Positions 22,640 through 31,445 of a DNA stretch of 31,445 bases are shown in pieces. This DNA is from an uncultured Gemmatimonadota bacterium (GTDB lineage: Bacteria > SM23-81), in assembly GCA_964584035.1 (NCBI GenBank), contig CAZOYL010000016.1, positions 1-31,445 of the forward strand, written 5' to 3'. How positions within the stretch are numbered: the first letter of the stretch is position 1; every line of letters starts with the position of its first letter. The notes under the pieces are model-generated. The model did not search any database, was not told the origin of the DNA, and worked only from the letters and a program-made list of their open reading frames with translations. The translations under genes were made by a program, and so were the position numbers.

Positions 22640-23913
22640 GCGAGCGATCGGCACAATTCGTTTTCATCCCCGTCGGCTCTCCAATGGCGGAGCGATCGGC
22701 GGGCCAGCTGGTGGACGAGCTGGCGGCCGGTTATATCCCGGCTCTCGAACAGATCGGCGGCCGGCGACGGGGCCCGGAGGCGATCGCGGAGACCGAGCCG
22801 TTGCTCTACTTCGTCGCCACCGGGGGCACCGAACATCAGATCCTCGCTCTCCGGCAAGAGCGAAACAAGCACGCGCCTGGAGAGCCCGTCCTCCTTCTGG
22901 CCCATCCGGGGAACAATTCCCTGCCGGCGGCACTGGAGGTGCTGGCCCGGCTGCAGCAGGAGGGCGGCCGGGGAAGGATCCTGTATCTGAACGGCCCGGA
23001 CGATGAAGCGGGTTTGCGGCAGATCGCCCGGGCGGCCGGCGATGCGCAGGCCTTCCACCGGTTGCGGCGGGCGCGCATCGGGTTGGTGGGAGAGCCCTCC
23101 GGCTGGCTGGCGGCCAGCCGTCCGGATCCCGATATTGTGAAAAACATCTGGGGACCGGAGGTCGTCCCGATCCGTTTCGAGGCGCTCGAAGATGCCATCG
23201 GCGCCGTGACGGAGCGGAACGTCACCGCGCCGCTCGATGCTCTCATCTCGAAGGCCGCCGAGGTGCGCGAGCCCCCGGAAAAGGCGCTTAAGGACGCGGT
23301 TCGAGTCTACCTGGCCGTCAGGCAGCTGGTCGATGCGCATCGTCTCGATGCGGTCACCGTGCGCTGTTTCGATCTGGTCGAAAAACACCGCATGACCGGC
23401 TGTTTCGCCCTGGCCCGGCTCAACGACGAGGGCGTCGTCGCCGGATGTGAGGGCGACCTGGTCTCGACCACCGGCCTGCTGTGGTTACAGACACTTCTCG
23501 GACAGACGGCCTGGATGGCCAATCCGGCCCGGATCGATGAGGGCCGGAATACCCTCTGGCTGGCTCACTGTATGGTGCCGCTGAACATGACGGCCGGGTT
23601 CTCTCTTCGTTCTCATTTCGAGTCCGGCCTGGGGGTCAGCATCCAGGGCACGCTGAAGAAAGAAGCGGTCACTCTGGTGCGCATCGGCGGGCGCAAAATG
23701 GATCGGCTCTGGCTGGCCGAGGGAAACATCACCGGCGCGGGGAAGGACCGGCACCTCTGCCGGACGCAGGTCAGCGTGCAACTGACGAACAGCGGCCAGG
23801 TGTCGGAGCTGCTCCGAAGACCCCTGGGAAACCATCTCCTGCTGGTCCCGGGCCGCCATGCCGACCGGCTTCGGGGATGGCATGAGATGACGGTCGGTCG
23901 ATATCCGGGCTGA
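22636..23913 (+). CDS. L-fucose/L-arabinose isomerase-related protein
   Basis: TGGTE, NSLPAALE, TVRCF, GCEGD, AHCMVP, HFESG, CRTQ, PLGNH. ATGA overlap with the upstream gene. Confidence 0.82.
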   Translation: MSERSAQFVFIPVGSPMAERSAGQLVDELAAGYIPALEQIGGRRRGPEAIAETEPLLYFVATGGTEHQILALRQERNKHAPGEPVLLLAHPGNNSLPAALEVLARLQQEGGRGRILYLNGPDDEAGLRQIARAAGDAQAFHRLRRARIGLVGEPSGWLAASRPDPDIVKNIWGPEVVPIRFEALEDAIGAVTERNVTAPLDALISKAAEVREPPEKALKDAVRVYLAVRQLVDAHRLDAVTVRCFDLVEKHRMTGCFALARLNDEGVVAGCEGDLVSTTGLLWLQTLLGQTAWMANPARIDEGRNTLWLAHCMVPLNMTAGFSLRSHFESGLGVSIQGTLKKEAVTLVRIGGRKMDRLWLAEGNITGAGKDRHLCRTQVSVQLTNSGQVSELLRRPLGNHLLLVPGRHADRLRGWHEMTVGRYPG

Positions 23914-23997
23914 CCGGGATTTCCCGAAAAGAGGGATACCCATTCGCGTGTGAAACTGAATCGTTCTCTGGCCATGTGGAAATGGAATGGAGGAAGT

Positions 23998-25224
23998 ATG
24001 GACCGTCACCAAAATTCGATCAGCCCGCACATAGTCATTCTGGCCGCGCTCATGGTTCTTCTCGGAGCCTGCGGAGGTTCGAAGGACCATGTTTACGACT
24101 CTCTCGATGCGGCCAAACGGCAGGCGGCGAAAAAGGACACCTGGATCGTGGCCGAGTTCTGGCGACATGGGTGAAGGCCCTGTGCGAACTTCGCGCGTGA
24201 CGCGAAGCAAGATACCCTGCTGCAGAATGCTTTGGATGATCTGGTCCTGGTATTGCTCGACGTGGCCACGCCCGAGGGCAAAGATCTGGCCGAGACCTTC
24301 AACGTCAGGGCCTTCCCCACCTTTGCGGTGCTCAACGCCGACGGCGAGACGATCTTGTCATGGATCGGCTACGGCCGGCCGCAGAGCTGGACAGACAGAC
24401 TAGCGGAGGCGCTGAAGGACCCCGTCACGGTAGCCCAGAGACAGGTTCGCTATCGCTCCGGCGCGCGCTTTCAGGACGCCCTGATCCTGGGTAAAAACTC
24501 CTACCGCGAAGGCCGCTACGGAGAGGCGGAGAGTTACTATCGCCAGGCCCGCCTGCTCGATCCGGAGGCGGCCGCGGCGGCGGATGTTAACATACTTATA
24601 TTCCGCGCCGTCTTCTCCGGCCTGGGCAGCGGCCGGTTCAGCATGGAGCAGGCCGGTTCACAGGCCAGGAAACTTCTGGCGGATGAACACATCAAACCCG
24701 AGCATGCCCTCGAGGCGGCCGAGTGGCTCATCGCGGCGGCGCCTCAGGCCGGCCGGGAGGTGATCGTCCCCTATCTGAAAATGGCCCATCCCATCATCGT
24801 CGGGATCGACGATCCGGAGCTCGAGAGCCGGCGCCAATGGGTTTTTGTCGAGTATGCCCTGATCGTTGAACAGGACCCCCAAAAGGCCCTCAGCCTGAAG
24901 CGTCAGTCTCTCCCCGAGGGCTGGTTGTCCGATCCCGACGCCCTGAACGAGTTCGCCTGGTGGTGCTTTGAGAACCGGGTCAATCTTAAAGAGGCCGAAA
25001 CCCTCTCCCGGAAGTCCATCGAGCTGTCCCAGCCCGGAGCGGAACAGGCCAATTATCTGGACACGCTGGCCGAGCTGGTCAACCTGCGGGGAAACACCGA
25101 GGAGGCCGCCGCACTGATCCGGGAGGCCCTCCAGATGAACCCCGAGAGCCGCTATCTGAAAGATCAACTGGCCAGATTCGAGGACATCATGGCGAAGAAT
25201 AACCAACAGGAGCCCTCTTCATGA
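23998..25224 (+). CDS. Selenoprotein: lipoprotein with a UxxC thioredoxin domain and TPR repeats; Sec at TGA 24172-24174 (codon 59 of 408)
   Basis: ORFs 23950-24174 and 24232-25224 are in frame. Read-through gives IVAEFWRHG-U-RPCANF, with the thioredoxin cis-Pro motif VRAFPTF downstream. LGAC lipobox, GGAGG RBS before ATG 23998, SECIS-like hairpin. Confidence 0.85.
24189..24207 (+). promoter_or_regulatory. Putative bacterial SECIS element
   Basis: CTTCGCG-CGTGA-CGCGAAG, a perfect 7-bp stem starting 14 nt after the TGA, with GU in the loop. Confidence 0.72.
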
Positions 25225-26090
25225 TCATAAAAGAAAAGGACAAACTGGTCTCCCGCCTGAAACGATCCCGGGCCTACCGGATCGCCTATAAGGACCGCGA
25301 CTTTCTGGACACCGATTGGGCCCGCCCCATCCGCCTGCAGACGGAGCTGCTCAAGCCGGAATCCATCTTCCGGGGCCAGGGCATCCTGTCCACCATCGTG
25401 GTGTTCGGCGGCACCCGCATCGCGGAACGCCGCCGGGCCCAGGGGCGGGTCACCCGCCTGGAGAAACAGTTAGCGAAAAAGCCGAAGGACAGGAAACTCC
25501 GCAAGCAGTTGGCCATTGCCCGCTCATTGCTGGACAAATCCGCTTTTTACGACGAAGCCAGGCGATTCGGCCGGATCGTCTCCCGGGAGGGGCGGAAATA
25601 CCGCGGGCATGAGTACGTCATCGTTACCGGCGGGGGTCCCGGGATCATGGAGGCGGCCAACCGGGGGGCTTTCGATGTCGGCGCCAAATCGATCGGCCTG
25701 AACATCACCATTCCCCACGAGCAGGAACCAAACCCGTATATCACCCCCGGGCTCTGCCTGCAGTTCCATTATTTCGGCATGCGCAAGATGCATTTCATGC
25801 TCCGGGCCAAGGCCCTGGTGGCCTTTCCGGGCGGGTACGGGACCATGGACGAGCTGTTCGAGGCCCTCACCCTGGTGCAGACCCGAAAGGTGCCGGCCAT
25901 GCCCATCGTGCTGTTCTGCGAACAGTACTGGAGAAACCTGATCAACTTCGATTTTCTCGTGGAGCAGGGAACCATCGATCAGGAAGATCTCGATCTGTTC
26001 ACCTTCTGTGACCGGGCCGAGGAAGCCTGGGTGTATATCAAGAATTTCTGGGAACACGAAGAGTCCATTTCATCGGAGGAAACAGGATGA
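25221..26090 (+). CDS. LOG family (TIGR00730-type) nucleotide phosphoribohydrolase
   Basis: VTGGGPGIMEAANRGA, F.YF.MRK, FPGGYGTMDELFE. Confidence 0.92.
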   Translation: MIIKEKDKLVSRLKRSRAYRIAYKDRDFLDTDWARPIRLQTELLKPESIFRGQGILSTIVVFGGTRIAERRRAQGRVTRLEKQLAKKPKDRKLRKQLAIARSLLDKSAFYDEARRFGRIVSREGRKYRGHEYVIVTGGGPGIMEAANRGAFDVGAKSIGLNITIPHEQEPNPYITPGLCLQFHYFGMRKMHFMLRAKALVAFPGGYGTMDELFEALTLVQTRKVPAMPIVLFCEQYWRNLINFDFLVEQGTIDQEDLDLFTFCDRAEEAWVYIKNFWEHEESISSEETG

Positions 26091-26266
26091 TCGACCTGCA
26101 GGAAAAAAAGGACGTCACCCCCGTCTGTCCGCATTGCCAGCAGCAGCTTCACACCGTCTGGTATCGCAGGTTGCGCGGCATCCTGGGACGGAAGTATATC
26201 TACTTCTGCTCCGCCTGCCACAAGACCCTGGGGATCTCCCACCGGAAAGGGTTCTGGATGGGGTAG
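26087..26266 (+). CDS. 59-aa zinc-ribbon small protein (absent from the ORF track)
   Basis: MIDLQEKKDVTPVCPHCQQQLHTVWYRRLRGILGRKYIYFCSACHKTLGISHRKGFWMG. Two CxxC motifs, GGAGG RBS, ATGA overlap with the LOG stop. Confidence 0.8.
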   Translation: MIDLQEKKDVTPVCPHCQQQLHTVWYRRLRGILGRKYIYFCSACHKTLGISHRKGFWMG

Positions 26267-26304
26267 GCAGTGCTCTGCTGAAATATGATATTTCAAGGCG
26301 ACCC

Positions 26305-27024
26305 ATGGATTTTCAAAACGTCTATGAAGATGACCGCCGGGCGGAAGCCTATGCCAGGCTGGAGTTCCCCGGCACCTATTATCTGGCCTACCGGGACCTT
26401 CCCGAGATCATCGGCGAATACAGTTCGGGAACCGAGGCCATTGATTTCGGCTGCGGCACCGGACGGTCCACCCGATTTCTGAAGAAACTGGGCTTTCGGG
26501 TCACCGGGGTGGACATCTCGGCGAACATGATCAAAAAAGCGCGGCAGGCCGATCCCCGGGGAACGTATCGCCTCGTCGGCGAGGACGGGCTGAGCCGGCT
26601 CCCGAAACGTTCCTGCGATCTGATTCTGTCGGTGTTCACCTTCGACAACATCCCCACCCGCGAAAAGAAGGTTCAATTATTCCAGGATCTCAAGGCGCTG
26701 TTAAAAGATGACGGCTGCATCATCAGCGTGGTCTCCACCCCCGAGATATATGTTCACGAGTGGGCCTCATTTTCCACCAGGGATTTCCCGGAGAACCGGC
26801 AGGCCCGAAGCGGCGATCCGGTCCGCATCATCATCACCGATGTGGATGACGCCAGGCCGGTGGTCGATATCGTGATGAGCGACGAAGCATACGATCAAAT
26901 ATACCGCGGCGCCGGCCTGAGAGTGATCCACAGCCGAAGACCCCTGGCCACGGGTGACGAACCGATCCGCTGGAAAAGCGAGACGAAGGTCGCCCCCTGG
27001 GCCGTCTATGTATTGAAGAGATAA
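26305..27024 (+). CDS. Class I SAM-dependent methyltransferase
   Basis: IDFGCGTG, VTGVDIS, DLILS, LKDDG. Start reassigned to ATG 26305. Confidence 0.9.
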   Translation: MDFQNVYEDDRRAEAYARLEFPGTYYLAYRDLPEIIGEYSSGTEAIDFGCGTGRSTRFLKKLGFRVTGVDISANMIKKARQADPRGTYRLVGEDGLSRLPKRSCDLILSVFTFDNIPTREKKVQLFQDLKALLKDDGCIISVVSTPEIYVHEWASFSTRDFPENRQARSGDPVRIIITDVDDARPVVDIVMSDEAYDQIYRGAGLRVIHSRRPLATGDEPIRWKSETKVAPWAVYVLKR

Positions 27025-27061
27025 GCGGTTTACATGAACATTCCTCACCGGGGAGGCGGGC

Positions 27062-27523
27062 GTGCCGAAAAGAAGCGCCGGTCTTTTGATGTACCGTTAT
27101 CGCCGGGGAGCCCCGGAGGTCTTCCTGGTTCATCCGGGAGGGCCCTTCTGGGCCAGGAAGGATCTGGGCGCCTGGTCCATCCCCAAGGGAGAGGTCGCAG
27201 CGGACGAAGATCCGCTGCCGGCGGCCCGCCGGGAGTTCCATGAGGAGACCGGCCTGGCGGCCGAGGGCGATGTTCTTGAATTGACGGAGATCCGCCAGAA
27301 GGGCGGCAAGTACGTCAAGGCCTATGCCTTCCAGGGCGATGGCGACCCCTCGACGATCAGGAGCAATACCTTCCCCCTGGAATGGCCGCCCGGGTCCGGA
27401 AAGCAGCGGGAATTCCCGGAGGTCGACCGGGCCGCCTGGTTCGGCCTCGAGGAGGCCCGGGAGAAGATTCTCAAGAGCCAGCAGCCGTTGCTGGATGAGC
27501 TGGAGACATTACTGACAAAGTGA
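27062..27523 (+). CDS. NUDIX domain protein
   Basis: SAGLLMYR, LVHPGGPFW, WSIPKGE......AARREFHEETG, EWPPGSG, FPEVDRAAWF. Confidence 0.92.
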   Translation: MPKRSAGLLMYRYRRGAPEVFLVHPGGPFWARKDLGAWSIPKGEVAADEDPLPAARREFHEETGLAAEGDVLELTEIRQKGGKYVKAYAFQGDGDPSTIRSNTFPLEWPPGSGKQREFPEVDRAAWFGLEEAREKILKSQQPLLDELETLLTK

Positions 27524-27592
27524 CCTGTTCGTATTCATCGCTGATGCTCGTCAATCCGCCATCTTCTATTCCTTCCGGACAAGGGGACCGAC

Positions 27593-27997
27593 ATGGAAGA
27601 AAAAAGACCCGCCGTAGATCCAAAGCCAACCGCGGCGTTCGTCCTGGCGCTCATCGCCGGCCTGTGGATGCTGACCACCCGCGGCCTGAGCTACCGGTTT
27701 ATGGGTCCCATGGTCATGCGGTGGCCCTGGTTCTGGTACCATCGCATGTTCCGCGGGGCCGGGGACGTGACCCCCTTTCTGAGATGGTGGTCCTGGCTGG
27801 GCACGGTGGCCGGGATCCTGGTTCTGGTGGGAGCCGTGGTGATCTATACCAGGCCCGGGCAGTCCATGGTCTGGGGCAAGGTCATCCTGATCGCTTCGGC
27901 CGTCAGTCTGATCATCGGCCTGGGCGGCTTCCTGCCGGGCATCCTGGGCATCGTGGCCGGAGCGCTGGCGGTCGCCTGGGGAAGGCAGAGAGGGTGA
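27593..27997 (+). CDS. Small integral membrane protein
   Basis: Four hydrophobic segments, GGF..GILGIVAGALA. AAGGGG RBS. Confidence 0.75.
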   Translation: MEEKRPAVDPKPTAAFVLALIAGLWMLTTRGLSYRFMGPMVMRWPWFWYHRMFRGAGDVTPFLRWWSWLGTVAGILVLVGAVVIYTRPGQSMVWGKVILIASAVSLIIGLGGFLPGILGIVAGALAVAWGRQRG

Positions 27998-28524
27998 ACA
28001 GGATCATGCACCGGTTCCTTTACGATTTACCTTCGCTCCCGGTCGTCCTGATCGGTTCTCTCCTGCTTCTGGCGTCAGAAGCTTCCGGGGCGCCGGAGGT
28101 CTCCGGCGGGACCGGGGCGGCCAATGCCATTGGTGTGGTCATCGGGGTGCCCCAGACGTTGGCGGTGACCTACTGGCGAGCCCTGACGCCCCGCGTCCAG
28201 ATGAGCATCCACGCCGGCAGCGCCGTGTTGTTCAGCTCCGCCGGGGCTCGGTTGCAGATCGGGCCCGGGCAAAGCGGCCTTCGGCCCTATGCCTTCGCCG
28301 GTTATGCGGTGATACACTCGACCGCCGAGGATTATGGCGATCCGGAGGGCCTGTCCGGTTACCTCTGGCTCGGCCCGGGCGTATCCCTGAGAGCCCGCCG
28401 GTGGACGCTTTTCGCCGAGATCTGCGCCCTGCTGGGCGGCGATAAGGACGGCGGCCTGGGGGGTGGAACCTGGATCTTCCCCTTTTCGCCGGCCGTCTCC
28501 GGGGGGCTTCTGTTCCGCTTCTGA
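27994..28524 (+). CDS. Putative small outer-membrane beta-barrel protein
   Basis: Signal peptide, alternating beta-strand pattern (LRPYAFAGY, LWLGPGVSL), C-terminal GLLFRF. Start is GTG 27994 (GTGA overlap) or ATG 28006. Confidence 0.65.
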   Translation: MNRIMHRFLYDLPSLPVVLIGSLLLLASEASGAPEVSGGTGAANAIGVVIGVPQTLAVTYWRALTPRVQMSIHAGSAVLFSSAGARLQIGPGQSGLRPYAFAGYAVIHSTAEDYGDPEGLSGYLWLGPGVSLRARRWTLFAEICALLGGDKDGGLGGGTWIFPFSPAVSGGLLFRF

Positions 28525-28636
28525 CGACCTTTATACGATGAGAAAATCGGCGCCTGACCGGTACCATCCCATCCATGGTCGCGCCGGTGAAGGATACGGA
28601 TATGAAACCCGGCCTTCGGGTGAGGAAAACTCCACC

Positions 28637-29866
28637 ATGACCTTCAGGGCGATCCTGTGCTGCTGCGTTCCGGTCATCCTCGGGGCGGCCGTTCCCTCCG
28701 CCGAGATGCTCCGGGTCGACGTCTCCTCGGCCGCCGAGCTGCAGGCTGTGCTGGCCGGGCGGGTCGATTCGGTGGACATCTTCATCGCCACCGGCCACTA
28801 TCACCTGACGCCCCGGGACATCTTGGACTCCACCTGCGGGAACTGCCAGGACCCCGCTCAAGCGGTGCCGGCCACGGCCGGTCTGGTCATATCCGGCAAG
28901 TATGTCAGGCTGTTCGGTCCTGAGGGGCGCTGGGCGGTGATCCACACCCACGCCGGGTACGGCCTGTTCTTCGATCACTGCCGGTCAGGCATGGTCGAGA
29001 ACCTGTTCATCACCGACGGGGCCCGCGATCCGGACCCCAACGCCACCGACGCCGCCATCGTGGTGAAGAACAGTACTGTCACCATTCGCGGCAACCGCCT
29101 GTACGGCAATATCGGCGACTCCTCCCTGGTGGCTGATCACATCGTCGGCATCATGGGCATCTGCGGCCGGGAGAACGCCCGGCTGACCATCGAGGACAAC
29201 GAGATCCGGCGCAATTCCTGGGACGGCATCGCCCTCTACCGGGGATCGGAGGCCGTCATCAGGGGCAACCTGATCGACGGCGTGGACCGGGCGGCCGCCG
29301 GTCAGGCCGGAGGCGGACGGGGCGTGGCCATCGGCGTCACCTGGGATGCCCGGGCCACCGTGGAATACAACCTGCTGCGGCGCTATTGGAAAGGGCTGGG
29401 CATCTTCGTGGATGCCCGGGTAACGGCCCGGAACAACGTCATCGAGGAGATGCTCACCTGGGGCCTGGCCATCTGGGATGCCGATAGCGGCGCCCCGGCC
29501 GGCATCATCGAGGACAATGCCATCTATCGTACCGGCGCCTGCGGCGTGACCATCACCCGCTCCCTGCCCGGCCCGGACCCCGGAAGTCTGAGCGGCAACG
29601 TCATCGTCCGCACCGCGCAGAATCCCCGCTATGACGACCCCGAATTATATTGCCATCAGTGCGCATTATCCATATTTTCCAAGCCAGACAACTTCATTAT
29701 CGAGGACAACCTGTTCTTCGACAATCGCACAGCCACGCCCGATCTGCCGGACAACGACGTGTCCCCGGAGGCATTCGGCGAGCTGGCCGGCGATATCGCC
29801 GACCGGCTGCTGGTCACCCCGCTGCTGCAGCAGTCCGATTTTTCACGATTCCTGGCCGAACATTGA
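28637..29866 (+). CDS. Secreted right-handed parallel beta-helix repeat protein
   Basis: Repeats IRGNRLYGN, IEDNEIRRN, IRGNLIDG, ARNNVIEE, IEDNAIYR; signal peptide after ATG 28637 (GAGGA RBS). Confidence 0.8.
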   Translation: MTFRAILCCCVPVILGAAVPSAEMLRVDVSSAAELQAVLAGRVDSVDIFIATGHYHLTPRDILDSTCGNCQDPAQAVPATAGLVISGKYVRLFGPEGRWAVIHTHAGYGLFFDHCRSGMVENLFITDGARDPDPNATDAAIVVKNSTVTIRGNRLYGNIGDSSLVADHIVGIMGICGRENARLTIEDNEIRRNSWDGIALYRGSEAVIRGNLIDGVDRAAAGQAGGGRGVAIGVTWDARATVEYNLLRRYWKGLGIFVDARVTARNNVIEEMLTWGLAIWDADSGAPAGIIEDNAIYRTGACGVTITRSLPGPDPGSLSGNVIVRTAQNPRYDDPELYCHQCALSIFSKPDNFIIEDNLFFDNRTATPDLPDNDVSPEAFGELAGDIADRLLVTPLLQQSDFSRFLAEH

Positions 29867-30564
29867 CCCCGGAAGAAGCCTTGGAGTACTCCCTCACAGG
29901 CACCGCCCGCATCCGCAGGTTCCTGCGGTCCGACCCGTCGGCCCTGAGCCTGATCGTCTCCAACCTGGTGACCATCGTCATCGCCCTGATCCAGGGATGG
30001 GATCTGGCCGTTCTGATGTGGATCTACTGGGCTCAGAGCGTCATCATCGGACTGGCCAATTTCGTTCGCATCCTGAACCTGGGCGAGTTTTCCACCAGAG
30101 GCATGCGGGTCAACGGCCGAGCGGTCAAGCCCACCGGGAAGGTCAAGACCGAGACCGCCTTTTTCTTCCTGGCTCATTATGGTTTTTTCCATCTGATCTA
30201 CTTTTTCATCCTGGCGGGAACGGCCCGTATCCCCGTTCGGAACATCGCTGCGGTCGCGCTGTGTGTGGCGATCTTTTTGGGAAATCACTTTTTTTCTCTG
30301 CTCTATAACCTGAGAGCCGATCTGTCCAGAAAGCCCAATATCGGGACGGTCATGTTCTTCCCCTACGCCAGGATCATCCCCCTGCACCTGACCATCATCT
30401 TCGGCTCCTTTCTGATCAGGGGAGCGGCCGGATTGGTTTTTTTCCTGATCCTGAAGACGGTGGCCGATTTGATCATGCACGGGATCGAACATGCCCGGCC
30501 GGCGGCCGCTGAAACCGCCGCGACCGTGACCTTCGACGAAAATACCGTTCAGTCTGAACCCTGA
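29863..30564 (+). CDS. DUF6498-like membrane protein
   Basis: LIVSNL, LMWIYWAQSVIIG, FFLAHYGFF, PYARIIPLHLTII, LKTVAD. TTG start overlapping the upstream TGA; start uncertain. Confidence 0.75.
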   Translation: MTPEEALEYSLTGTARIRRFLRSDPSALSLIVSNLVTIVIALIQGWDLAVLMWIYWAQSVIIGLANFVRILNLGEFSTRGMRVNGRAVKPTGKVKTETAFFFLAHYGFFHLIYFFILAGTARIPVRNIAAVALCVAIFLGNHFFSLLYNLRADLSRKPNIGTVMFFPYARIIPLHLTIIFGSFLIRGAAGLVFFLILKTVADLIMHGIEHARPAAAETAATVTFDENTVQSEP

Positions 30565-30594
30565 GAACCGCCACCATCAATCCGGGAGTGTCTG

Positions 30595-31305
30595 ATGAAG
30601 AAAGTGTGTTGCCTCATCGCCGTGTTCCTGATCGTTCTGTCGGTTACCCGGCTCGGAGCGACAGAAAGATATGTCGGCTTCGGCGGCGGGCTGAACTTCT
30701 CCGACCTTTCTACCAAGCTCTCGACGGGAGCGGAGCTGGAGACCAAGCTGCATGTCGATTTCGGCGCCGGCGCGGTGTTTGGATTCGAGCTCCGCGAGAA
30801 CGTCTTCCTTCAGCTGGAGCCCAAATATCTGCTCAAAGGGGGCAAGCTGCTACAGGAAGAGCCGGAAGAAGGATCACAAGCAGAGGTACCTCCCGATCTT
30901 GATTTCAGCTTTGCTTTCATCGAGATTCCCATTCTGGCCAAAATCAACTTTGGCGAGGGAGTGAAAAGATACGCATTCTTCGGTCCCTCCTTCGGCTTTC
31001 TGTTGAATGCCGAAGTGGAGGCGGAATTCGATGGAGACATGTATATCGCAGATATTAAAGAGGCCACTCAGAACACCGATTTCGGGCTCGTCTTAGGGAC
31101 CGGCGTCAGCTTTCCGTTGGGGAGGGGTCAGCTCTTTTTCGACGGCCGCTATGCCGTCGGTTTTGCCAATCTCAACAAAGGCGGTCGCGTGGAGTTCAAA
31201 CATGGCAGCCAGGTTCGCCAGGAGGAGATCTCCACCCGGGACGAGATATCGACCAAAGGCTTTCAAATCATGGCGGGATATATCTACCCACTGGGAGGAA
31301 AGTAA
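30595..31305 (+). CDS. Outer-membrane beta-barrel (porin family) protein
   Basis: Signal peptide, GGGLNFS, LQLEPKY..KG, IEIPILAK, GPSFGFLL, DFGLVLG.G, DGRY..G. Confidence 0.85.
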   Translation: MKKVCCLIAVFLIVLSVTRLGATERYVGFGGGLNFSDLSTKLSTGAELETKLHVDFGAGAVFGFELRENVFLQLEPKYLLKGGKLLQEEPEEGSQAEVPPDLDFSFAFIEIPILAKINFGEGVKRYAFFGPSFGFLLNAEVEAEFDGDMYIADIKEATQNTDFGLVLGTGVSFPLGRGQLFFDGRYAVGFANLNKGGRVEFKHGSQVRQEEISTRDEISTKGFQIMAGYIYPLGGK

Positions 31306-31445
31306 ATGAAGCGGCCGAAGATGAAAAGGGAATATGGCATCAGGTTAACCATCCTGTCTCTGTTCCTGGTTCTGCTCTTCCCGCATTGTACCAAAGGGCC
31401 CCAGCCGATGAGGCTCGAATTCCGCCTGGCCCAGATGGAGCCGGG
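31306..31445 (+). CDS. 5' part of a secreted or lipoprotein gene running off the window
   Basis: ATG right after the upstream TAA, GGAGG RBS, hydrophobic signal, then Cys and LEFRLA. Frame is open to the window end. Confidence 0.55.
   Translation, partial: MKRPKMKREYGIRLTILSLFLVLLFPHCTKGPQPMRLEFRLAQMEP

Noticed and set aside
26008..26304. N-terminal extension of the methyltransferase ORF
   Set aside because: Overlaps the LOG gene and the zinc-ribbon gene; the family-like sequence starts at ATG 26305.
27521..27545. Sec read-through at other TGA stops
   Set aside because: At this stop the read-through frame closes within a few codons. The other TGA-ending genes have complete-looking C-termini, and I saw no redox motif there (checked by eye only).
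16943..31445. Integron cassette array (many unrelated co-oriented genes; TTCTAAC near 18794, GTAAC-ATAC-GTTAC near 17641)
   Set aside because: No paired RYYYAAC/GTTRRRY attC structures of plausible length, no integrase, and many genes overlap by ATGA.

Overview
GC-rich bacterial chromosomal segment, almost all genes on the + strand, from a probably diderm organism (several outer-membrane beta-barrels and lipoproteins). The lineage cannot be assigned from sequence alone. 1-11.8 kb is housekeeping-like: RsbW-type kinase, membrane GAF-PP2C phosphatase, NUDIX, ruvX, esterase, DUF975-like protein, mltG, UvrD-PD-(D/E)XK helicase-nuclease and a nucleotide-sugar dehydrogenase. 11.8-16 kb is a decayed accessory island: a truncated type IIG restriction-modification gene joined out of frame to a HEPN C-terminal fragment, an amber-interrupted small gene, REP/REPIN-like repeats, an eRF1-like gene and a ferritin-like gene. 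16-31 kb is a run of unrelated enzymes and envelope proteins. Two csp transcription units (15.4-15.8 kb and 21.2-21.6 kb) are duplicates. The main result is two hidden selenoprotein genes that the ORF track splits in two: a GrdB/PrdB-family protein (18826-19605, T-U-P-L-C) and an exported thioredoxin-TPR lipoprotein (23998-25224, G-U-R-P-C). Each has an in-frame TGA in a UxxC motif followed by a SECIS-like hairpin with a shared CGTG apex. Also notable: terminator-like hairpins conserved inside both csp 5' leaders, a controller-protein-like double operator before the R-M remnant, and an uncalled 59-aa zinc-ribbon gene. Family assignments come from motif recognition only; no database searches were run.
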